The translations under genes were made by a program, and so were the position numbers. From Dehalococcoidia bacterium (GTDB lineage Bacteria > Chloroflexota > Dehalococcoidia > Lucifugimonadales > QGNO01): a stretch of DNA of 64,000 nt. The stretch lies in the NCBI GenBank assembly GCA_965220545.1, contig CBDCQF010000009.1, positions 148,660 to 212,659 on the forward strand, read 5' to 3'. A model generated the notes under the pieces. The model saw nothing but the letters and a program-made list of their open reading frames with translations. It had not been told where the DNA came from and made no database searches. Every line of letters starts with the position of its first letter. Position 1 is the first letter of the stretch. Of this stretch, positions 63,562 to 64,000 are shown piece by piece.

Positions 63562-64000
63562 CTATTCGAACCTGAAGACGCGCACGGCCACCACCGCGCT
63601 GACGGCTATCCAGACTCCGAGCAGGCCAAGCTCATAGGGGTAACTCCAAAATGGCTCGGCCTCTAGGGCAACTCCCCTGAGGGCGTCCAGCATGGGCGCC
63701 AGCGGCAGATAAGAAACGACGTTGGAAAGTATCCAAGGAAGGCCTTCCTTGGGGAAGAAAACGCCTGCCAGAAACATCATGGGCAGAGATACGGCATTAG
63801 CCAGGCCTACGGCGGCATCTACGTTCTTAGATAAGCCCCCAATGATGAATCCGATGTTGAGGAAAACTATGCTGGCAACCAGAACCACGGCAAACACCCA
63901 GAGGAAGTTGCCGTAAATGTTGGCTCCGAAGAGCAGAATCCCCGCGGCCAGTATGATGGCCGCTTGGATTATGGCAACTACAAGGTGGGCAAGGACCTCA
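63562..64000 (-). CDS. ABC-2-type transporter permease, C-terminal part (N-terminus outside the window)
   Basis: The track shows only 63562-63897. My translation shows the frame stays open to base 64000 (...EVLAHLVVAIIQAAIILAAGILLFGANIYGNFLWVFAVVLV...). The hydrophobic multi-TM pattern with LP..L..V..Y.PL is typical of ABC-2 permeases. Confidence 0.6.
   Translation of the reverse strand, partial: EVLAHLVVAIIQAAIILAAGILLFGANIYGNFLWVFAVVLVASIVFLNIGFIIGGLSKNVDAAVGLANAVSLPMMFLAGVFFPKEGLPWILSNVVSYLPLAPMLDALRGVALEAEPFWSYPYELGLLGVWIAVSAVVAVRVFRFE

Overview
This window reads as a core chromosomal segment of a moderately GC-rich aerobic bacterium. The 16S sequence and gene content look Chloroflexota-like, but that is inference because no search was possible.

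I can support about 60 protein-coding genes, almost all housekeeping:
- glmU, a dprA-topA-xerC block, and an aroQ / two M24 peptidases / efp / xseAB block
- clpX-clpP-tig, aspS, ilvD, thyX
- an lpd-pdhABC operon and pntAA-AB-B
- lexA, rpsT, relA/spoT, hisS, prfA-prmC
- a caa3-type cytochrome oxidase cluster with ctaG, a ctaA-ctaB fusion and sco

There are also 7 tRNA genes and one stand-alone 16S rRNA gene with no 23S or 5S next to it.

I found no CRISPR array, transposase, integrase or recognisable defence system, and I cannot honestly point to a clear multi-gene novel system.

The observations most worth a second look are:
1. A CarH-like B12 sensor module (Wx9EH plus DxHxxG) fused to a C-terminal XRE helix-turn-helix. 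It lies beside a perfect 9-bp palindrome, a DUF378 membrane gene and an RND pump with no partner genes.
2. An edge-truncated lipoprotein with a Pro/Thr linker, seven 35-aa PW-x-DG repeats and an HExxH motif.
3. A promoter plus intrinsic-terminator-like leader directly upstream of glmU.
4. The unlinked 16S gene, which has its own promoter, flanking processing stem and terminator.
5. A small AT-richer islet next to a four-tRNA cluster. It carries a brnT toxin gene with a nonsense codon beside an intact brnA.
6. A frameshifted hicB-like remnant, an internal 171-nt tandem duplication in topA, and the ctaA-ctaB fusion.

All functional calls rest on motif and family recognition by eye. Coordinates of non-coding elements were counted by hand.
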